DNA of 64,000 nucleotides from an uncultured Collinsella sp. (GCA_905193815.1 CAJJQF010000002.1:18717-82716), one strand, 5' to 3'; shown: positions 19,222-29,883, counted from the stretch's first letter. Notes: generated from the sequence alone by a model not told the origin. Made by a program: numbers and translations.

Positions 19222-20016
19222 TTAAGCCTCCTCGGTCTTGCTCAGACCACCAAACCTACGGTCACGGCCCTGATAGGCCAAAATGGCGTCGACAAGGCCC
19301 CAACGATCAAAGTCGGGCCAATAGGTATCGGTGACGTAGAACTCGGAATAAGCCACCTGCCACAGCAGATAGTTCGAAAGGCGCAGCTCACCAGAGGTGC
19401 GAATCACAAGCTCAGGATCGGGAAGACCGGCGGTATAAAGGTGAGAAGCCACCATGTCGTCATCAATTGCGGCAGGATCAATCTTACCGGCGGCAACGTC
19501 GAGCGCGATCTGACGGACAGCGCGGGTAATCTCGGCACGCGCGCCGTAGTTGACGGCAAGCGCCAGCGTCATACCGGTGTGATCGGCGCACTCGGCAAGA
19601 CCGCGTTCAAAAACGTCGCGGGTCTTCTTGGGCAGCGCGGAAATATCACCCAAAAAGACAACGCGCACGTTTTCGCGCTTCAGAAGCGGCAACTCGTCGA
19701 TGAACGTCTTGGCAAACAAGTGCATCAAAACGTTGACCTCGTGCTGCGGACGATTCCAGTTTTCGGTGGAAAACGCATAGGCCGAAAGGACGTCGACACC
19801 CAAGCGCACGCAGGCGGTAATGATCTCGCGCAGCGAGACGATACCCGCCTTGTGGCCCTCAGTGCGTGCAAGACCGCGCGACGTGGCCCAACGACCGTTG
19901 CCGTCCATGATGCACGAGATATGGTGCGGAATGTTATTGAGGTCAAGGTCGGAAAAACCGACGCCCGCAGGGGCGTCGGCAAAGTACTCGACCAGTTTAT
20001 GCTCGTCGTATTGCAC
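19222..20016 (-). CDS. uppS: isoprenyl transferase (undecaprenyl diphosphate synthase)
   Basis: HISCIMDGNGRWA signature. Confidence 0.9.
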   Translation of the reverse strand: MQYDEHKLVEYFADAPAGVGFSDLDLNNIPHHISCIMDGNGRWATSRGLARTEGHKAGIVSLREIITACVRLGVDVLSAYAFSTENWNRPQHEVNVLMHLFAKTFIDELPLLKRENVRVVFLGDISALPKKTRDVFERGLAECADHTGMTLALAVNYGARAEITRAVRQIALDVAAGKIDPAAIDDDMVASHLYTAGLPDPELVIRTSGELRLSNYLLWQVAYSEFYVTDTYWPDFDRWGLVDAILAYQGRDRRFGGLSKTEEA

Positions 20017-20017
20017 C

Positions 20018-20554
20018 TTAGATCTCCATGACCTCAGCTTCTTTTTCCTTCAAAAGCTCCTCGACCTTGGCGACATACTCATCAGTGTGCTTCTGGACCT
20101 TGGCCTGCTCGCGACGGACATCGTCCTCGGTGAGCTCCTCATCGCGCTCGAGCTTGTTGTTGAAGTCGCGACGGATGTTACGGATAGACACCTTGGCCTG
20201 CTCGGCGTACTCGCGGCACTCCTTGACGAGCTCGCGACGGCGCTCCTCAGTGGGAGCCGGGAACGGAAGACGAACGACGGTGCCATCGGAGTTGGGGGTA
20301 ATACCCAGATCGGAAGCGCCGATGGCCTTGACGATAGCATTGATGAGTGCCTTGTCCCACGGCTCGATGAGCAGCATGTGGGCCTCGGGGGTCTTGACGG
20401 CGGCAACCTGCGTGACCGGCGTGGGAACACCGTAATAATCGACGGTGATGTCGGACAGAATGTTGGCATTGGCGCGGCCGGTACGGACCTTGGAGAAGTT
20501 ATGCTTGAGGGACTCGAGCGACTTGTCCATATGGGCGGTGATGTTCTCTGCCAT
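20018..20554 (-). CDS. frr: ribosome recycling factor
   Basis: 178 aa; conserved RRF sequence; pyrH-frr adjacency. Confidence 0.9.
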   Translation of the reverse strand: MAENITAHMDKSLESLKHNFSKVRTGRANANILSDITVDYYGVPTPVTQVAAVKTPEAHMLLIEPWDKALINAIVKAIGASDLGITPNSDGTVVRLPFPAPTEERRRELVKECREYAEQAKVSIRNIRRDFNNKLERDEELTEDDVRREQAKVQKHTDEYVAKVEELLKEKEAEVMEI

Positions 20555-20556
20555 GC

Positions 20557-21279
20557 TTAATCCTCCTGATAGACGAGCGTGCCGACGGGCTCACCCGAAA
20601 GCGCGCGCTTGACGGTGTCCTCGCCATCGATGTTGAGGACCAAAATCGGCATACGGTTGTCCTGGCACAGTGCCGTAGCCGTGGAATCCATAACCTGCAG
20701 ACCGCGGACGAGAACCTCGTGATAGGTAATCTTGTCAAAACGGACGGCATCAGCGCACTTGACGGGATCCTTATCATAGATGCCGTCAACCTTGGTGGCT
20801 TTAATCAGAATCTCGGCGCCGATCTCACACGCACGAAGAGCCGCGGCGGTGTCGGTCGTAAAGTACGGATTGCCCGAACCGGCGGCAAAAATAACGACGT
20901 TGCCCTTGGAAAGGTGGTTGATGGCGCGACGGCGAATATAGGGCTCGCAGATCTCGTTCATCTGGATAGCGCTCATCACGCGGCAGGGAACATCGTTATG
21001 CTCGAAGGCATCCTGCAGGGCGAGCGCGTTCATAACGGTTGCCAGCATGCCCATGTAGTCGGCCTGAGCACGCTCCATGCCACCGGCAGCGCCTGCCATG
21101 CCGCGGAAAATATTGCCGCCGCCGACAACGACGCCGACCTCATGGCCAACGGCGAGCAGCTCCTTAACCTGCTTAGCAAGATGGTCGGTAACCTTGGGGT
21201 CGATGCCATATTGGCCGTCGCCCATCAGCGCTTCGCCGGAAAGCTTAAGAAGCACGCGTTTATATCGGATGTCGGACAA
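20557..21279 (-). CDS. pyrH: UMP kinase
   Basis: KLSGEAL...[10 protein letters not shown] amino-acid-kinase family motifs. Confidence 0.9.
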   Translation of the reverse strand: MSDIRYKRVLLKLSGEALMGDGQYGIDPKVTDHLAKQVKELLAVGHEVGVVVGGGNIFRGMAGAAGGMERAQADYMGMLATVMNALALQDAFEHNDVPCRVMSAIQMNEICEPYIRRRAINHLSKGNVVIFAAGSGNPYFTTDTAAALRACEIGAEILIKATKVDGIYDKDPVKCADAVRFDKITYHEVLVRGLQVMDSTATALCQDNRMPILVLNIDGEDTVKRALSGEPVGTLVYQED

Positions 21280-21338
21280 AGCGATCCTCCTTTAGATTGA
21301 ACTTTCAACATTCTATCAAAGGCTCTAAGAAGAGCCAT

Positions 21339-21374
21339 GAAAAAGCAGGCTGTGAGTAAAACCCACAGCCTGCT
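21339..21374 (-). terminator. intrinsic terminator of tsf
   Basis: AGCAGGCTGTG-loop-CACAGCCTGCT followed by TTTTTC on minus strand. Confidence 0.6.
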
Positions 21375-21397
21375 CATTACCAGCTACAAGAGCTTAT

Positions 21398-22267
21398 TTA
21401 CTCGCCACGGACCAGACGGTCAAAGGCAACGACGGTAATGGTGTCGCCGAGCTCCTTGGAGACCTGCTCAGCGTACTTCTTGATGGTGAGGGAGCTGTCC
21501 TTGATGAACTCCTGCTCGGTGAGCACGGACTGCTTGTAGAACTTCTCCAGACGGCCGACAGCCATCTTCTCCTGGATAGCCTCGGGCTTACCGGACTCGG
21601 CAGCCTGAGCCATGTAGATCTGCTTCTCGTGCTCGACGGTCTCGGCCGGAACCTGATCGCGGGTAGCGCAGATCGGGGCGACGGCGGCAACCTGAAGGGC
21701 AACGTCGTGAGCGAAGGTCTTGAAGGATTCAGCCTGAGCGGTCTCAGCCTTCTCGAAGGCGAACTCGACGAGGACGCCGATCTTACCACCCATGTGGATG
21801 TAAGAAGCGAGCGCGCCGTTCTCAGCCTTGCGGGCAGCGAAGCGGGAGATCTTCATGTTCTCGCCCATGATGTGAATCATCTCGGTGAGCTCGGAGGAAA
21901 CGGTCTCCTCGCCCATCGGCTTCTCGAGCAGAGCGTCGACGTCAGCAGGCTCGGTGGTAGCGACAACCTCAGCGACCTTGGAAGCAAAGCCGGTGAACTT
22001 GGCGTTAGAGCCAACGAAGTCGGTCTCGCAGGAGAGCTCGAGCAGAGCGCCGGTCTTGCCATCCTCGGAGACGAACGCGGCGACAGCGCCCTCGTTGGTC
22101 TCACGGCCAGCCTTCTTGGCAGCCTTGGCAAGGCCGTTCTTACGCAGAACGTCGACAGCGGCGTCCATGTCGCCGTCAGCCTCGACGAGAGCCTTCTTGC
22201 ACTCCATCATCGGGGAGTCGGTCATCTCGCGGAGCTGCTTGACCATAGCGGCGGTAATCTGGGCCAT
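21398..22267 (-). CDS. tsf: elongation factor Ts
   Basis: MAQITAAMVKQLRE...; UBA-like N-terminus plus dimerisation core; rpsB-tsf pair. Confidence 0.9.
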   Translation of the reverse strand: MAQITAAMVKQLREMTDSPMMECKKALVEADGDMDAAVDVLRKNGLAKAAKKAGRETNEGAVAAFVSEDGKTGALLELSCETDFVGSNAKFTGFASKVAEVVATTEPADVDALLEKPMGEETVSSELTEMIHIMGENMKISRFAARKAENGALASYIHMGGKIGVLVEFAFEKAETAQAESFKTFAHDVALQVAAVAPICATRDQVPAETVEHEKQIYMAQAAESGKPEAIQEKMAVGRLEKFYKQSVLTEQEFIKDSSLTIKKYAEQVSKELGDTITVVAFDRLVRGE

Positions 22268-22312
22268 TGTGGTTCCTTTCAAAGAGATGAAAAAGAATTA
22301 ACTAAGACTGAT

Positions 22313-23041
22313 TTACTCGGCCTTGGGCTCAGCGGCCATCTCGGCCTCGGAGACCTGCTCCTTGCCGGAGCCAGCGAGGCAGGCGTCAGCCATGAGCTCG
22401 CACATAAGGGTGACAGCGGAGATAGCGTCATCGTTGCAGGGGATGCCGTACTCGACCTCGTCGGGATCGGAGTTGGTGTCGATCAGGGCGACGACGGGGA
22501 TGTTCAGGCGCTGGGCCTCCTTGATGGCGTTCTCCTCGCGCTTGGTGTCGATGACGAAGAGAGCCTGGGGCAGACCCTTCATGTCGCGGGCGCCACCGAG
22601 GTTGGTCTGGAGCTTAGTGAGCTCCTTGCCGAGAACAGCCTGCTCCTTCTTGGGCAGAACAGCCATGCGGCCGTCCTCGACCATGGCCTCGAGCTCCTCC
22701 ATGCGGTTGATGCGGGAGCGGATGGTGACGAAGTTGGTCAGCATACCGCCGAGCCAACGCTGGTTGATGTAAGGCATGTTGGCGCGCTCAGCAGCGTTCT
22801 TGACGGCCTCCTGAGCCTGCTTCTTGGTGCCGACGAACAGCACGTTGCCACCCTTGGCGACGTTCTTGACGAAGGTGTAGGCCTGGTCGGCGTCGAGGAT
22901 GGTCTGCTTGAGGTCGAGGATGTAGATGCCGTTGCGCTCACCGAAGATGAACGGCTTCATCTTGGGGTTCCAGCGACGGGTCTGGTGACCGAAGTGGCAG
23001 CCGGCCTCGAGCAGGGTGCGGATATTAATCTTGGTAGCCAT
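22313..23041 (-). CDS. rpsB: 30S ribosomal protein S2
   Basis: [28 protein letters not shown]...; 242 aa. Confidence 0.9.
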   Translation of the reverse strand: MATKINIRTLLEAGCHFGHQTRRWNPKMKPFIFGERNGIYILDLKQTILDADQAYTFVKNVAKGGNVLFVGTKKQAQEAVKNAAERANMPYINQRWLGGMLTNFVTIRSRINRMEELEAMVEDGRMAVLPKKEQAVLGKELTKLQTNLGGARDMKGLPQALFVIDTKREENAIKEAQRLNIPVVALIDTNSDPDEVEYGIPCNDDAISAVTLMCELMADACLAGSGKEQVSEAEMAAEPKAE

Positions 23042-23260
23042 GTTAAACCTCCTGTGGTTTGCCTCCGCGCGGGGTCATCCTCCAAAACCAACCCGGACAT
23101 GTGCTACCAAAGCCCGGGCACCACGGTATGAAGTAGCCGCGCGTGCGTGATAAAAACATGTTGCCGTGAAGCAACCCGATGAATGATAGCAGGAATGCCT
23201 CTTCCTGCCAACCCGCAATCAAAACCACACACCTGAGTGCGGCGCGGGACGTGCCAGCCA

Positions 23261-24103
23261 CTATTCGCCGCGGGGATGGGCTTGAGCCACAGCCCGCTTA
23301 AGCCGATCGGGTGTGAGATGCGTGTAGATCTGCGTCGTGGACAGGCTCGCATGACCTAGCAGCTCTTGAACCGAGCGCAGGTCCGCACCGCCCTCGAGCA
23401 AGTCGGTCGCAAAGGTATGGCGCATCGCATGCGGGGCGATGTCAGCCGGAATGCCGGCGAGCGTCGCCAGCGTATGGAACCGCCGCCGGAGCATCGCGGC
23501 GCTCATGCGATTGCCGCGCGCCGATATAAGCAGCGGATGCGGCCCGGTAGCGAGGTCGCGGCGCTTTGCCCGAGCGAGCAACTCCGGCCTCCCCTCTTCA
23601 ATATAGAGACGCGTCACATCGAGCGCACGACGATACAGAGGAACGATGCGCTCCTTGCTTCCCTTGCCCCACAGGCGCAGCGTGCGCTCGGACCATGAGA
23701 TGGATTCCACATTGAGCGCCGCAAGCTCTGAGATGCGGGCACCCGAGGCATAGAGCAACTCGAGCATCGCCGCATCGCGCAGTCCCGCGGGTGTTGAGGT
23801 ATCAGGCGTCTTGAGCAGCGCCTCGACCTGCTGGGTCGTAAGGACGCCCGGCAGGTCACGCGGCAGCTTGGGCGACGCGATCGCCGAGACCGCATCGCCC
23901 TCGACAATCCCCTCGGCAGCCATCCAGCGATAGAGAGATCGAATAGCCGACAGGTGCGCCGCAAGCGTTCGGGGAGCCACCTGCTCACGCGAAAGCTCGG
24001 CAAGATAGCGACGAATGGTGCGCACGTCGGCAGCGAAAGCATCAATATCCTCGCGCTCGCACCAGGCAGCAAAGCGCTCTAGCCTCGAGCCATAGGCCGT
24101 CAC
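23261..24103 (-). CDS. xerC: tyrosine recombinase XerC/XerD family (chromosome dimer resolution)
   Basis: R..HxxR..Y catalytic residues (RHTFATDLLEGG...LGHASLSTTQIYTHL); GTG start; conserved position upstream of rpsB as in mycobacteria. Confidence 0.8.
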   Translation of the reverse strand: MTAYGSRLERFAAWCEREDIDAFAADVRTIRRYLAELSREQVAPRTLAAHLSAIRSLYRWMAAEGIVEGDAVSAIASPKLPRDLPGVLTTQQVEALLKTPDTSTPAGLRDAAMLELLYASGARISELAALNVESISWSERTLRLWGKGSKERIVPLYRRALDVTRLYIEEGRPELLARAKRRDLATGPHPLLISARGNRMSAAMLRRRFHTLATLAGIPADIAPHAMRHTFATDLLEGGADLRSVQELLGHASLSTTQIYTHLTPDRLKRAVAQAHPRGE

Positions 24104-24177
24104 CGTGTTGGGAGAAAGCCCCTCAACGCGTGCGATATAGGCGATAAAAGAGTCGACGGTGTCGTACAGGTCAAAGG

Positions 24178-25521
24178 CTATGACCGGTCGCCTCCAAACA
24201 AGTCGGAACGCGTGGCCAAGTAGGCATCGAGGGCCTCGAGCGCACGGTCCGCATAGGCCTGATAGCGGTCGCGCTTGCTGCGGCGCTTACCATCCTCGAG
24301 TGGCGGCACCAGGCCAAAGTTGACATGCATAGGCTGATAGCCCACGGTGGCAGGATCGGTCGCATAGCCCACGAGCGCACCCAGGGCACCCACACGCGGC
24401 AACTCGACGCCCGCGGCACCGATAGCCTCGGCATAGGTGTTGAGCGCCGCGAGCAGACCTGTCGCCACGGCTTCCATGTACCCCTCGGTGCCGGTGATCT
24501 GACCGGCCAGGCGCACGCCGGTACCGGGCACGGCAAAGGTGCCATCGAGCACGTGCGGAGCGTCGACAAAGGTATTGCGATGCATGACACCGTAGCGGAA
24601 GAACTCAGCGTTCTCCAGGCCCGGCACCATATGGAAGACGCGCTTCTGCTCGCCAAAGGTCAAGTTGGTCTGGAAGCCCACCAGGTTATAGGCGGTCTTC
24701 TCCTTGTTCTCGGCACGCAGCTGTATCGCCGCCCAGGGGCGACGTCCGGTACGCGGGTCGGTGAGGCCGACGGGCTTCATGGCGCCAAAGCGAATGGCGT
24801 CCTTGCCGGTGCGCGCAACTTCCTCGGCAGGCTGGCAGGCCTGGAACAAATCGCCGCCCTCAAAGTCTTTGAGCACCACGCGGTCGGCCGTGGTAAGCGC
24901 CTCGATAAAGGCCTCGTACTCCTCCTTGTTGAGCGGAGCGTTGAGATAGTCGCCGCTCCCCTGCTCCTCATAGCGCGACTGCGAGAACAGCACGTCCATA
25001 TCGAGCGTGGAGGCATCGACGATCGGCGCCGCCGCATCAAAGAATGCCAGGGCATCGCCACCGACGAGCTTCATAACCTCTTCGCTCAGCGCCGGTGAAC
25101 ACAGCGGGCCCGCGGCAATGACCACGTGACCCTCGGGAATCTGCGTGACCTCGCCGTGCACGACCTCGATATTGGGACGGGCGGCAACCTCGGCCTCGAC
25201 AAGCTCGGAAAACTTGACGCGGTCGACCGCCAAGGCGCCACCGGCGGGAACAGCCGCGCGATGGGCGCAATCGAGCAGGACTGAACCCATGCGCTCAAGC
25301 TCGGCTTTCAGCAAACCAGCCGCGGAATCCGGACGGGTCGACTTAAACGAATTGGAGCAGACGAGCTCTGCCAGGTGATCGGTATGGTGGGCCGGGGAGC
25401 TCACCTGGGGGCGCATCTCGCACAGCTTTACGGCAAACCCGCGATCTGCCAGCTGGATCGCGCACTCCGACCCCGCCAGACCGCCACCGATAACTGTCAC
25501 CTGATCGAACTGCATCTGCAA
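24178..25521 (-). CDS. trmFO: methylenetetrahydrofolate--tRNA-(uracil54-C5)-methyltransferase TrmFO
   Basis: FAD-binding VIGGGLAGSE, GidA-related TrmFO length (447 aa) and motifs. Confidence 0.88.
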   Translation of the reverse strand: MQMQFDQVTVIGGGLAGSECAIQLADRGFAVKLCEMRPQVSSPAHHTDHLAELVCSNSFKSTRPDSAAGLLKAELERMGSVLLDCAHRAAVPAGGALAVDRVKFSELVEAEVAARPNIEVVHGEVTQIPEGHVVIAAGPLCSPALSEEVMKLVGGDALAFFDAAAPIVDASTLDMDVLFSQSRYEEQGSGDYLNAPLNKEEYEAFIEALTTADRVVLKDFEGGDLFQACQPAEEVARTGKDAIRFGAMKPVGLTDPRTGRRPWAAIQLRAENKEKTAYNLVGFQTNLTFGEQKRVFHMVPGLENAEFFRYGVMHRNTFVDAPHVLDGTFAVPGTGVRLAGQITGTEGYMEAVATGLLAALNTYAEAIGAAGVELPRVGALGALVGYATDPATVGYQPMHVNFGLVPPLEDGKRRSKRDRYQAYADRALEALDAYLATRSDLFGGDRS

Positions 25522-25529
25522 ACACCTTT

Positions 25530-26465
25530 CTAATTGACACGTTTTCCATTGTGACCGAAGGGTGTCTGGGCGTGAAGGGCAAACTTGGAGGGCGCATACC
25601 TTCCATCCATCATGCGCTCGATAAGGCCCTCGAGTTCAAGCGAACCCAAGAGTTTGAGTACGCCGACAGCATCGAGCGAGACGAGCGCCGCGATGTCGTC
25701 GACCTTGAGCGGAGAGGCGATGAGCGCATGCATCACGGTCTGCTGCGTTGGATCCAGGTCGGCAATGCCGGGAGCATCGGGGCGCGAGTAGCGCAGGGTT
25801 CCGTAGATGCGTGAGATAGCCATCTCGATAGATTCCTCGTCGACGATGCAGCAGGCACCGTTCGCAATGAGGTAATTCGTGCCACGCGACTCGGGCGATA
25901 GGATCGACCCCGGCACGGCAAGAAGTTCGCGCCCCAAATCCATAGCAGCCTCGGCTGTAGAAAACGTCCCAGAAGGCATACCCGCCTCGGATACAAAGAG
26001 GGCTTGCGACAGGGCCGCGATCACGCGATTGCGGCGCGGAAAGGCGAACTTGCGCGGACCCATGCCCCACGGAGAGATCGACACGACCGCGCCACCCGTA
26101 TCAAGCGTGCGCGTAATCAGCCCCGCGCTCGAACGCGGGTAGACCACGTCGGCGCCCGTCCCCAGCACCACAACGTGTTTGCCGCCGGCGTTGACCGCAG
26201 CCCAACCCGAGGCCTGGTCACAACCGACCGCACCGCCCGAAACTACCGTCACTCCCGCCTCAACCGCCACCTTCGCCGCAAGCTCTGCCACGGCAAGACC
26301 ATACGGCGAGGCCTTGCGCGCGCCGATGATGGAGAGCGCGGGCGTCGAAAGCACCTCGGGGTTGCCGCGCACATAAAGCGTCTGGGGTAAATCAGAAAGC
26401 TCCAAAACGGTCTCGGGATACAACGCATCACCTGGATGCAGCTCGAAGGTCCCCTCGGCCATCAT
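25530..26465 (-). CDS. dprA: DNA processing protein DprA (Smf)
   Basis: Rossmann-like DprA core; ATG at 26465 overlaps the comM TGA (ATGA); ORF-track 5' extension is an artefact. Confidence 0.85.
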   Translation of the reverse strand: MMAEGTFELHPGDALYPETVLELSDLPQTLYVRGNPEVLSTPALSIIGARKASPYGLAVAELAAKVAVEAGVTVVSGGAVGCDQASGWAAVNAGGKHVVVLGTGADVVYPRSSAGLITRTLDTGGAVVSISPWGMGPRKFAFPRRNRVIAALSQALFVSEAGMPSGTFSTAEAAMDLGRELLAVPGSILSPESRGTNYLIANGACCIVDEESIEMAISRIYGTLRYSRPDAPGIADLDPTQQTVMHALIASPLKVDDIAALVSLDAVGVLKLLGSLELEGLIERMMDGRYAPSKFALHAQTPFGHNGKRVN

Positions 26466-27985
26466 TGGTCCCTCCTTCCCTGGTACATCGCCGCCTCGAG
26501 CACGTGGTCCTGCGTCACTTGCTCGCTCTCGGCGACATCTGCGATCGTACGCGCAATGCGAACCAGGCGCACGATGCCACGCCCTGTGAGATGCGTGCGT
26601 TTGGATAGGCCGAGTACGCATTTCTCGGCAGCATCATCAAGCTCAAAGGTCGAAACGACGCCGTCAATGGACCGCGTCTCGTCATCCTCAGCCTCGGCAT
26701 CTGCATCGTCCATACGGGATTCGCGCCAAGCGCGAAAAGCGCGACCGCGCACAACGTAGTCACGTAACTCGGCCGACGACATACCCTCTGCGCCCTCGAT
26801 AATCACTTGAGGGTCGGGACGGGTCACATCGATCATCATGTCGATACGGTCGGCCAAAGGACCGCGCAGTTTAGACCGATAGCGCTCAACCATCGCCGCC
26901 GAGCAGCGACACGGTACCTCGCGATCGCCCAAAAAGCCGCAGGGGCAGGGATTGCTCGCAGCCAGCAGCTGAAAGCGCGACGGGAAGGTAAAGGCCCCGT
27001 CGACGCGTACGATCCTCACATAGCCGCGCTCGATAGGCTGTCTGAGCGTCTGCAGCACACCCGTGGGAAACTCGGCAAGCTCGTCCAAAAAGAGCACGCC
27101 GCCATGAGCAAGGCTAATTTCGCCCGGATGCACTGGACGCCCGCCGCCGATGAGGCCCGCGGTCGAAATGCTGTGATGCGGGCTGCGGAAGGGGCGATGC
27201 CCCGCAAGCAGTCCATCGATGTTCTCACCCAAGACCGAATGGATGCACAGCGCCTCCTGCTGGTCCTCGACGGAAAGCTCGGGCAGGATGCCGGTCATAC
27301 GGCGTGCGAGCATCGTCTTGCCCGATCCCGGGGACCCAATCATGAGCAAGCCGAGTTCTCCTGCCGCCGCAAGCGCCATGCCGCGCTTGGCGACTTCCTG
27401 CCCCAGCACGTCGGCATAGTCGAGCTCTGGCTCAAAGGTCGCCTCGACGCCCTCGGAATCCAAGTAGTGCCGCGCGGCATCGCCCATACCATGAGCAAGC
27501 TGAGACAAATGATCGATAAAGCCGCAATCCACGCCCGCGAGTGGCACATGCTGGTCGGACCTGCCGGCGATAAAAGACAGCCCCATGTCGCGAGCCAATA
27601 GCTGAAACGCTACCTCGCCCTTGACAGGAAGCACCGTACCGTCCAAGCCGAGCTCGCCGGCGATAAAGCAGCGATCGAGGTTATCACGGGGAATCTGCCC
27701 ATCGGCCGCCAGAACCGCGATGGCGATGGGCAGATCAAAGCCGCTACCGGTCTTGCGAATATCGCCGGGCGCCAGGTTGACCGTAATGCCCGAGCGTGGG
27801 ATCTCGAACCCGGCGGAGCGCATCGCGCAACGAATACGACCGCGTGACTCCATCACCTCCATACTCGGAATACCGAGCATCTGGATGCCCGGGACGCCAC
27901 CGGCAAGCGAGACCTCGACCGTGACGGGAATCGCCTCGACGCCGCGGATACAGGCAGCGTGAACGGCAAACGTCTCGAACGCCAT
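26462..27985 (-). CDS. comM: Mg-chelatase-like AAA+ ATPase ComM/YifB family
   Basis: N-terminal Lon-like domain, Walker A GSPGSGKT, Walker B VLFLDE, C-terminal Mg-chelatase subunit ChlI domain; start overlaps the yraN stop (TGATG). Confidence 0.88.
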   Translation of the reverse strand: MAFETFAVHAACIRGVEAIPVTVEVSLAGGVPGIQMLGIPSMEVMESRGRIRCAMRSAGFEIPRSGITVNLAPGDIRKTGSGFDLPIAIAVLAADGQIPRDNLDRCFIAGELGLDGTVLPVKGEVAFQLLARDMGLSFIAGRSDQHVPLAGVDCGFIDHLSQLAHGMGDAARHYLDSEGVEATFEPELDYADVLGQEVAKRGMALAAAGELGLLMIGSPGSGKTMLARRMTGILPELSVEDQQEALCIHSVLGENIDGLLAGHRPFRSPHHSISTAGLIGGGRPVHPGEISLAHGGVLFLDELAEFPTGVLQTLRQPIERGYVRIVRVDGAFTFPSRFQLLAASNPCPCGFLGDREVPCRCSAAMVERYRSKLRGPLADRIDMMIDVTRPDPQVIIEGAEGMSSAELRDYVVRGRAFRAWRESRMDDADAEAEDDETRSIDGVVSTFELDDAAEKCVLGLSKRTHLTGRGIVRLVRIARTIADVAESEQVTQDHVLEAAMYQGRRDQ

Positions 27986-28470
27986 CACGACACCTGCCAA
28001 TCGAACGCGTTGTACTGATGCTCGATCTCGGCGATATGCCCGCCGCGGATGGTGACGCCCACGGCATCGAAGCGGATCGCCTTGAGAGGATAATGCTCCA
28101 TGAGATAGCAGCTTGCGATGCGGCGGTAGCGGCGTTGCTTTTGGGCATCCACGGCCTCCTCGGGAAAGACCCGCGTGGTGCAATCCAGGGCGACGCGTCT
28201 CGTCTTGACCTCGGCCATCACCACGACATCGTCGAGCTCATCGAGCAGCACCAGGTCGGCCTCGCCCTCGGTGCAACGATAGCCCTGCTCCAGCAAGGCG
28301 TAGCCGCGCTCGTTAAAGTAGTCGATGGTGATCAGCTCGCCCAGCATGCCCAGCTCGCGGGGACTGAGTCCCTTGATAAACTCGGGCGTCATCGCCCCGG
28401 AGTCGAGCTCGCCGTTTTCCCAACGCTCCTTGAGCTGCTGCGTCTTGCTCTTTTTGCTTGCGGCACTCAT
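27985..28470 (-). CDS. yraN: YraN-family (UPF0102) putative endonuclease
   Basis: GE.D.V...DE...VVMAEVKTRR core resembling YraN; start uncertain (M at 28470 or 28392). Confidence 0.65.
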   Translation of the reverse strand: MSAASKKSKTQQLKERWENGELDSGAMTPEFIKGLSPRELGMLGELITIDYFNERGYALLEQGYRCTEGEADLVLLDELDDVVVMAEVKTRRVALDCTTRVFPEEAVDAQKQRRYRRIASCYLMEHYPLKAIRFDAVGVTIRGGHIAEIEHQYNAFDWQVS

Positions 28471-28567
28471 GGGGTCTCCTTTCCCGCACACTGCATTGCC
28501 CCGATGATGAGGGCACCTTTCATGCGGGTAAGTACCGGAAGCAAACCAAAAGCTGACCAAATGCCGA

Positions 28568-28609
28568 CAAAAAACGGGCCGTACGCAGCAATGGTGCTGC
28601 ATACGGCCC
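28568..28609 (-). terminator. intrinsic terminator of rnhB
   Basis: GGGCCGTAYGCAGCA-loop-TGCTGCRTACGGCCC stem followed by GTTTTTTGT on minus strand. Confidence 0.65.
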
Positions 28610-28659
28610 GCTACCAGCTGGTTTACAAAACTCCAGAAGTCCCTGTCTCCACAATTGAC

Positions 28660-29448
28660 CTAGAAAAGGCGCTCAGTTTGCAGAAAGTTTCCGCAAAAGC
28701 TCACGCGGTGCAACGGACAAAGTCCATGTTTGCGAATGGCCTCGATGTGCTCGGGGCTCGCATAGCCCTTCGACTCGGCCAGATGGTACTCGGGATACTC
28801 GGCGTCGTACTCGACCATCATCTCGTCACGCGTGACCTTAGCCATGATGGACGCCGCGGCGATGCAGGCGATCTTGGCATCGCCCTTCACCACATCGCGC
28901 TCGTTAGGAACGGCGCCCAAGGGGTTGCCATCCATAAGCACGCAATCGGGCTCGAGCCCCGTATCGGCCACGGCGCCCGCAACGGCGGTACGGATAGCAC
29001 GGGCCATGCCCATCTCATCGATATCCTTAGGCGCGATATGGCAAAAACCGATCGCCGTCGCCACCTCGGCAATCTTCACTGAGAGCAACTCGCGGCGCGC
29101 CGGCGTGAGCTTTTTGGAATCGTTGATGCCCCAGACGCGCGGCTCCATAGGAAGGCAGACAGCGCATACCGTCAAAGGACCGGCCACCGATCCGCGACCC
29201 ACCTCGTCGACACCAACGACCACCCCATCGCCGCCAAGCTCATGCATAAGCTCGTACATGTCATTGACGCGCTCGCGCTCGGCAAGTTCCTTGGCATGGC
29301 GCTTAAGAGCACGCTCGCAAGCCTTGATCACCTGCTGGCGCGGGTCCTCGCGATAATGCTCCACGAGGGCGGGGATCTCCTCAAACGTTGCGCTCGCCAG
29401 CTCTCCGGCAACCTGCGATGCCGAAACCGAGCTCGTCATATTGGCCAT
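28660..29448 (-). CDS. rnhB: ribonuclease HII (with ~75-aa N-terminal extension)
   Basis: VVGVDEVGRGSVAGPL catalytic DE motif, DSK; ATG at 29448 has AAGGAGGG SD. Confidence 0.88.
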   Translation of the reverse strand: MANMTSSVSASQVAGELASATFEEIPALVEHYREDPRQQVIKACERALKRHAKELAERERVNDMYELMHELGGDGVVVGVDEVGRGSVAGPLTVCAVCLPMEPRVWGINDSKKLTPARRELLSVKIAEVATAIGFCHIAPKDIDEMGMARAIRTAVAGAVADTGLEPDCVLMDGNPLGAVPNERDVVKGDAKIACIAAASIMAKVTRDEMMVEYDAEYPEYHLAESKGYASPEHIEAIRKHGLCPLHRVSFCGNFLQTERLF

Positions 29449-29476
29449 ACCAGGCCCTCCTTGCATGCAAATCAGA

Positions 29477-29505
29477 TAAAAAGAAGGGCCACCCGAAGGT
29501 GACCC
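29477..29505 (-). terminator. intrinsic terminator of rplS
   Basis: GGGTCACC-ttcg-GGTGGCCC followed by TTCTTTTT on minus strand. Confidence 0.6.
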
Positions 29506-29541
29506 TTGTGTCCAAACGAGTGGACAGACGCTGCGATCTTC

Positions 29542-29883
29542 TTAGCGCTTCTCGGGGATGCGAGCAGCCTTGCCCACCTTGTCGCGGAGGTAGTACAGCT
29601 TGGCGCGACGGACGCGACCATGACGAACGACCTCGAGCTTGGCGATCTTGGGGCTGTGAAGCGGGAAGGTACGCTCAACACCGACACCGAAGGACATCTT
29701 GCGGACGGTGAAGGTCTCGCGGGCACCGGCGCCGGCCATGCGGATGACGTCGCCCTGGAAGACCTGGATGCGCTCGCGGTCGCCTTCCTTAATGCGGTAG
29801 TGAACCTTGACGTTGTCGGCAACGCGAACCTGAGGAATGTCCTCGCGGATCTGCTGACGCTCGATTGCGCGGATGTAATCCAT
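29542..29883 (-). CDS. rplS: 50S ribosomal protein L19
   Basis: [11 protein letters not shown]...FQGDVIRM...; 113 aa. Confidence 0.9.
   Translation of the reverse strand: MDYIRAIERQQIREDIPQVRVADNVKVHYRIKEGDRERIQVFQGDVIRMAGAGARETFTVRKMSFGVGVERTFPLHSPKIAKLEVVRHGRVRRAKLYYLRDKVGKAARIPEKR

Noticed and set aside
23261-24103. Tyrosine recombinase as a marker of an integrated element
   Set aside because: It occupies the conserved chromosomal XerC slot between dprA/trmFO and rpsB, is flanked by housekeeping genes, and has no att-like repeats or phage genes nearby.
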